Part shown: positions 59,872-64,000 of the stretch, piece by piece
Numbering within the stretch: position 1 is the first letter of the stretch
Layout: each line of letters starts with the position of its first letter
Assembly: GCA_963825135.1 (NCBI GenBank)
Contig: CAWGRW010000009.1
Coordinates: 992,001 to 1,056,000 of the forward strand
DNA from: an uncultured bacterium
GTDB lineage: Bacteria; Desulfobacterota_D; UBA1144; Nemesobacterales; UBA2774
Direction: 5' to 3'
DNA: 64,000 nucleotides
The notes under the pieces: model-generated
Database searches by the model: none
Told to the model about the DNA's origin: nothing
The model's input: only the letters and a program-made list of their open reading frames with translations
Position numbers and translations under genes: made by a program

Positions 59872-60972
59872 ATGAAGTTTAAGACGCAAGCAGAAAACTT
59901 TTCGCAAAAACTGGGCCTCGTACAGGGAATTTCCGAAAGGAGAGCAACGATGCCTGTGCTCTCCCATGTTCTTCTGAACGTCGACAAAAACAAAATAGGC
60001 ATTTCAGCCACGGACCTCGAAACGACAATGAGCACGTGGTCCCCCGCTGAGGTATCGAAGGCGGGAAGCATCGCGGTTCCGGCCAGGAAGCTCTACGAGA
60101 TAATAAAAGAGCTTGAGACGGGTGAAATAGAAGTCGAGGAGATCGGGAACCATTGGGTGGAGATCAGGTCAAGCTCCGCGGTATTCAAGATCGCGGGACT
60201 TCCGAGCGAAGACTTTCCGATCATCCCGGAGCTCCATTCGGATAACCTTTTTTCGGTAGAGAGCTCTCTGCTCGAAGAAATGATTTCAAAGACCATTTTT
60301 GCGGTATCTCCGGATGAGCTGAGGCGGAACCTCGCAGGTATTTTTTTTGAAGAAGCAGGCAGCAAGAGTCTAAGGCTCGTGGCGACAGACGGCCACCGCC
60401 TCTCGTTAGTCGAAAAAAACATAGACAGCAGAGTGAAGTTCGGCAAGGGATTCGTTGTGCCGAAAAAAGGTGTTGCAGAATTGAGAAAGGTGCTTAAGCT
60501 CTCGGACAAGGTAAGGATTGGGGCCGGCGACAACTTCTTCATGGCCGAGGGGGAGGATATCATATTAATCGCGAGACTCATCGACGCCGATTTTCCTGAC
60601 TACCGTCAGGTTACTCCGGAAGTCACAAAAGCGACCCTCACGCTGGACAAGAACGAGTTTCTGAGGGCGCTCAAGCGGGTATCCATCCTCTCTTCGGAGA
60701 AGACCAGGAGCGTAAAGTTCATCATTAACAGCGGAGGCATGACGATGATCTCCGTCTCTCCCGAGGTGGGCGAGGCGAAGGAGACTGTACCGCTCGACTA
60801 TTCGGGTGAGCCGATCGAGCTCGGGTTCAATGCACGATACCTGATGGATGTCCTTGAGGTAATTAACAAAGACAGAGTTCAGATAGGGCTCATCGACGAG
60901 CTTAGCCCCGCCGTTCTTAGACCCGAGGGCGATGAGGTTTATCTGTCCGTGATAATGCCTATGAGGGTTTAG
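59872..60972 (+). CDS. dnaN: DNA polymerase III beta clamp
   Basis: ATDLE, VATDGHRL, FPDYRQV, GFNARYL, IMPMR. Confidence 0.98.
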   Translation: MKFKTQAENFSQKLGLVQGISERRATMPVLSHVLLNVDKNKIGISATDLETTMSTWSPAEVSKAGSIAVPARKLYEIIKELETGEIEVEEIGNHWVEIRSSSAVFKIAGLPSEDFPIIPELHSDNLFSVESSLLEEMISKTIFAVSPDELRRNLAGIFFEEAGSKSLRLVATDGHRLSLVEKNIDSRVKFGKGFVVPKKGVAELRKVLKLSDKVRIGAGDNFFMAEGEDIILIARLIDADFPDYRQVTPEVTKATLTLDKNEFLRALKRVSILSSEKTRSVKFIINSGGMTMISVSPEVGEAKETVPLDYSGEPIELGFNARYLMDVLEVINKDRVQIGLIDELSPAVLRPEGDEVYLSVIMPMRV

Positions 60973-61039
60973 CGCTCCCCTTAACAGACTTACAATCGAA
61001 CAAGCTTCCGTTTTTAGAATTATTGATAACTCTCGACAT

Positions 61040-61783
61040 ATGCTCGATCTGATATTCCCGGGTGCCTGCTCCGGATGCGACTCGCCGGTGGAATACAAAA
61101 GACTCGTATGCGGGAGCTGCGCCGCCGAAATAAAGTTCGTCAGTGAGTTTGCCTCGTGTGAGAAGTGCGGCACTCCTTTCGGTTATTTCCGCGATACGGA
61201 TGATGAAATCGGGCGAAAAAGTGCTTCCGGGGGTGCGGCAGGTCATCTCTGCGGCAGGTGTTTGAGTGGGAAGTTCAGCTTTGCGGCTGCGCGCTCCGTC
61301 GCGCTTTACGAGGGGAAAATAAGGGACATCATTCACCAGTTCAAATACGAGGGCAGGCTCGGCCTCGAAAGTTACCTGTCGGATATGATGATCAGGAATT
61401 TCCATTATGTCCCGGGGAGTTTCGATCTTTTGGTCCCGGTCCCCATGCATATAAGCAAGCTCAGACAAAGGGAATACAACCAGTCGGCCGTCCTTGCATT
61501 GAGTCTCGCCCGCAGTGTGGGGGTTAGGTGCGACCTGCTCGGGTTTAAAAAAATCAGGGACACGCGGCCCCAGATCGAGTTCCGAAACGAGGACGAGAGG
61601 AGGAGAAACGTAAGGGGAGCATTTTCGGTCACCTCTCCCGAATTGTTCAAGGAGAAGTCCATACTTCTGATAGACGACGTTTATACCACGGGGTCTACAT
61701 CGGATGAATGCGCAGCCGAGATCCTTAAATCCGGGGCGTCGAGAGTTGCGGTGTTCACCCTGTCCAGGGCGAAAGGGATGTAA
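61040..61783 (+). CDS. comF: ComF-family protein (zinc ribbon + PRTase)
   Basis: CxxC pairs, PVPMH..L.QREYNQS, NVRGAF, IDDVYTTGST. Confidence 0.93.
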   Translation: MLDLIFPGACSGCDSPVEYKRLVCGSCAAEIKFVSEFASCEKCGTPFGYFRDTDDEIGRKSASGGAAGHLCGRCLSGKFSFAAARSVALYEGKIRDIIHQFKYEGRLGLESYLSDMMIRNFHYVPGSFDLLVPVPMHISKLRQREYNQSAVLALSLARSVGVRCDLLGFKKIRDTRPQIEFRNEDERRRNVRGAFSVTSPELFKEKSILLIDDVYTTGSTSDECAAEILKSGASRVAVFTLSRAKGM

Positions 61784-61850
61784 AATCTATTTGACTTTAA
61801 AAGGGATTTACTTTAGATTTAAAGGGCTAGATTAAGTAATTTACTTAAAC

Positions 61851-63353
61851 ATGTACGGAAGATTCGTTGGGCTTGATTTAGGCAGGAAGGACGTAAGGAT
61901 ATCCTTAATTAAAAGAGGGTTCAGAGATGTACAGCTTCTACAGACGATAAGAACCAAGCCCCCGGAATTCATCCGGAACTCCCCTGATTCTTTAAATAAC
62001 GTATTCAGGGAATACTCTCTGCCGAAAGGCGATATCGCGGTTTCCATATCAGACGACCCTATTTCACTGAGGGTAATTAAATTCCCGTTCTCCGATCCGA
62101 AAAAGATCGACCAGGTTTATGGATATGAGCTCGAAAGCATATCCACGTTCGATCCCCAGGATAAGAGCCACGCCTACCATCTGGTGAAAAGCGAGGTCGG
62201 GAGCGAGGCGCTCGTATGTGTTTTTGAAAAAGAGGAAATAGGTTCCGCCCTCGGCTATTTCAACCGGGCCGGTATTGATCCCAAGGTCTTGACGTATACC
62301 CCTCTGGCGTTCGGGGCGCTGAATGAGGTTATCGAAGGCGCCAGGCCCCTTATGCTCGTGGATTTAGGGGAAGAGGACTTGAGCTTCGCGCTGTTCGATG
62401 AAGACGGAATAAAGCGCATCAGGTCATCTACAAAACCCATTCAGTCTTTTGTTGAAAATTTGTGCGGGTACAAAGGGGTCTCTGTCGACGATTTCGGGTT
62501 TTCCAGGGACGAGCTTGCGGCTGAGGGGAGCGAGCATTTGAAGAGCTGTCTTGCGCCGGTGATAAGCGAAATCAAGAAGACGCTCCATTTTTTCGAAGCG
62601 GAGCTCAAAGAAAAGATAAATATGATACTGATATCCGGTGTGGTTTCCCAGGCGCCCGGCATAACCGAACTTTTCAAAAAGGAATTCAGCAGGGACGTAA
62701 AAAAACTGTTTATCCCCGACCTCGGCGTGGATAATTCTCCTCTATACGCGAGGTCATATGCCCTGGCCCTTTACGGAAGCGCATTTAAGAGCGGGTACCT
62801 GAATTACAGGAAGGAGGAGTTTAAGTACGCGGGTTCCGACAGTGAACTGAGAAAGGTTTTCATGACCCCCGCAATTCTCTTTGCGCTCCTGCTAATACTT
62901 CTCATTTATAACATTGCGTCGAGGTATTTTGAGCTGAAAGAGGAAGTCAAAAGCCTTAACGGACAGATCGCCCAGGTTGCGAGGGACACTTTCCCCGATG
63001 TAAAGGTAATTCCCAAACCGGTCGAGCTCCTTGAATCCGAAGTCGCGAAGCTAAAGGGAGAGATCAATACGATTCAGGGTGTAGAGGGCGTGAGCACGCC
63101 GCTTGAAGTGCTGAAGGAGATATCCGGGGCATTACCCGCAAGCATGAAATTGATCGTTAACGATATTAAATTCGAAAGCGGTAATAAACTGAAAATTCAG
63201 GGAGTGTGTGATTCATACCAGGAAGTTACGGAAATCGAGGACGCCCTGTCCAAGTCCGCAATTTTTGAGTCGGTAACGAGGGACCAGACAGGAAACACGT
63301 TTGACGGCAAAACTAAATTTGAGATATCCCTGGTATTGAAATCGGAAGCGTGA
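61851..63353 (+). CDS. Type II secretion GspL-like protein (PilM actin-like domain + TM + PilN-like domain)
   Basis: VGLDLG, FPFSDPKKIDQV, LNYRKEEF, TM and periplasmic ferredoxin-like domain. Confidence 0.8.
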   Translation: MYGRFVGLDLGRKDVRISLIKRGFRDVQLLQTIRTKPPEFIRNSPDSLNNVFREYSLPKGDIAVSISDDPISLRVIKFPFSDPKKIDQVYGYELESISTFDPQDKSHAYHLVKSEVGSEALVCVFEKEEIGSALGYFNRAGIDPKVLTYTPLAFGALNEVIEGARPLMLVDLGEEDLSFALFDEDGIKRIRSSTKPIQSFVENLCGYKGVSVDDFGFSRDELAAEGSEHLKSCLAPVISEIKKTLHFFEAELKEKINMILISGVVSQAPGITELFKKEFSRDVKKLFIPDLGVDNSPLYARSYALALYGSAFKSGYLNYRKEEFKYAGSDSELRKVFMTPAILFALLLILLIYNIASRYFELKEEVKSLNGQIAQVARDTFPDVKVIPKPVELLESEVAKLKGEINTIQGVEGVSTPLEVLKEISGALPASMKLIVNDIKFESGNKLKIQGVCDSYQEVTEIEDALSKSAIFESVTRDQTGNTFDGKTKFEISLVLKSEA

Positions 63354-63354
63354 G

Positions 63355-63954
63355 ATGGATGTGAATTCTTCTATAGGACGCATAAAGAAAATACTAAACG
63401 ACCTGCGTGATAGGTTCTCGCGGCTGTCTTCGTCGGAAAGGGATAAAAGGGCGATAAGAATAGGCGGAGCGGGCTTATGCCTCTTGATTGTTTATATAAT
63501 TTTCCATACATTCTCATCCGGGACCCAGCGTCTCGATAAGCAGGTTAAACAGTTGGAGAAGGAGCTCGACAGGGTCGTGAGTCTGAGGAGGGAATACGAA
63601 GATTCCAAAAAAAGGCTAACCGAGCTCTCGAACAAGATTAAAAAAGAAAAAGAGCCCCTGATTTCGGTCGTTGAGCAGATACTGCTTGACGAAAATATAG
63701 ACAGGAAGAATTTTTCAATAAAAGATGTAAATTTAAGAGAGTCCGAGTCCAAGGATTTTTATGAGGAGAAAGGCATCGATGTAGAGCTTAAGGACCTGTC
63801 GCTCAAAGACCTTGTCGACATATTATATAAGATTCAGAATGCGCCCGCATTTTTAAAGGTATCGAATTTGAATATCAGCACAAAATCCAGCAAATCCGAT
63901 TCAATGACCGTTAAGCTACGCGTGTCGACCTTCGAATTCAAGGAGTTAGGCTGA
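63355..63954 (+). CDS. Type II secretion GspM-like protein
   Basis: LSSSERDK then TM, coiled coil, LKDLVDILYKI; coupled to gspL. Confidence 0.78.
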   Translation: MDVNSSIGRIKKILNDLRDRFSRLSSSERDKRAIRIGGAGLCLLIVYIIFHTFSSGTQRLDKQVKQLEKELDRVVSLRREYEDSKKRLTELSNKIKKEKEPLISVVEQILLDENIDRKNFSIKDVNLRESESKDFYEEKGIDVELKDLSLKDLVDILYKIQNAPAFLKVSNLNISTKSSKSDSMTVKLRVSTFEFKELG

Positions 63955-63955
63955 C

Positions 63956-64000
63956 ATGAAAGAAAGGTTATTGGGGTATAAACATATAAAGCCTGTAGCG
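63956..64000 (+). CDS. Start of the next operon gene (possibly GspN-like), truncated by the window
   Basis: ATG 1 nt after the gspM stop, AAGGAG RBS, open to the window end; identity inferred from gene order only. Confidence 0.4.
   Translation, partial: MKERLLGYKHIKPVA

Overview
Bacterial chromosomal window of moderate to high GC, ending just past the replication origin. The gene set (sigma54 two-component system, T2SS GspL/M, yacL-ispD-ispF, tandem CNNM genes) looks deltaproteobacteria-like, possibly Dadabacteria; that is an impression, not a tested assignment. Most of it is housekeeping: a partial sigma70 factor, ispD/ispF, comEC, leuA, queF, hisB/hisH, ybeY, thiL, comM, ferritin, dnaA-dnaN, comF, tRNA-Ala(CGC) and tRNA-Gln(CTG). 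The oriC is clearly readable, with DnaA boxes on both sides of dnaA and a GGCCC + DnaA-trio + AT-rich unwinding element before dnaN. There are two accessory zones. Zone 1 (about 8.4-22.4 kb) ends in a MoxR-DUF58-BatA/B/D operon with foreign-looking codon usage next to the tRNA-Ala 3' end. Zone 2 (about 50-56.5 kb) lies directly downstream of comM and is the most striking part. It is an integrase-free mosaic in which the last ~40-50 bp of comM recur twice as degenerate direct repeats, separating cargo blocks and broken gene ends. One junction fuses a duplicated hydrolase 5' end to a comM 3' end at a 5-nt microhomology, which suggests repeated comM-anchored gene capture. The same zone holds an apparent stand-alone homologue of the archaeal GatE insertion (GAD) domain and an unclassified structured leader. 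Three small ORFs missed by the ORF track, a sigma54 promoter with an upstream palindrome and several operator-like palindromes were also found. Three genes carry single-base frameshifts that may be sequencing errors. No CRISPR array, rRNA, integrase or transposase was seen.
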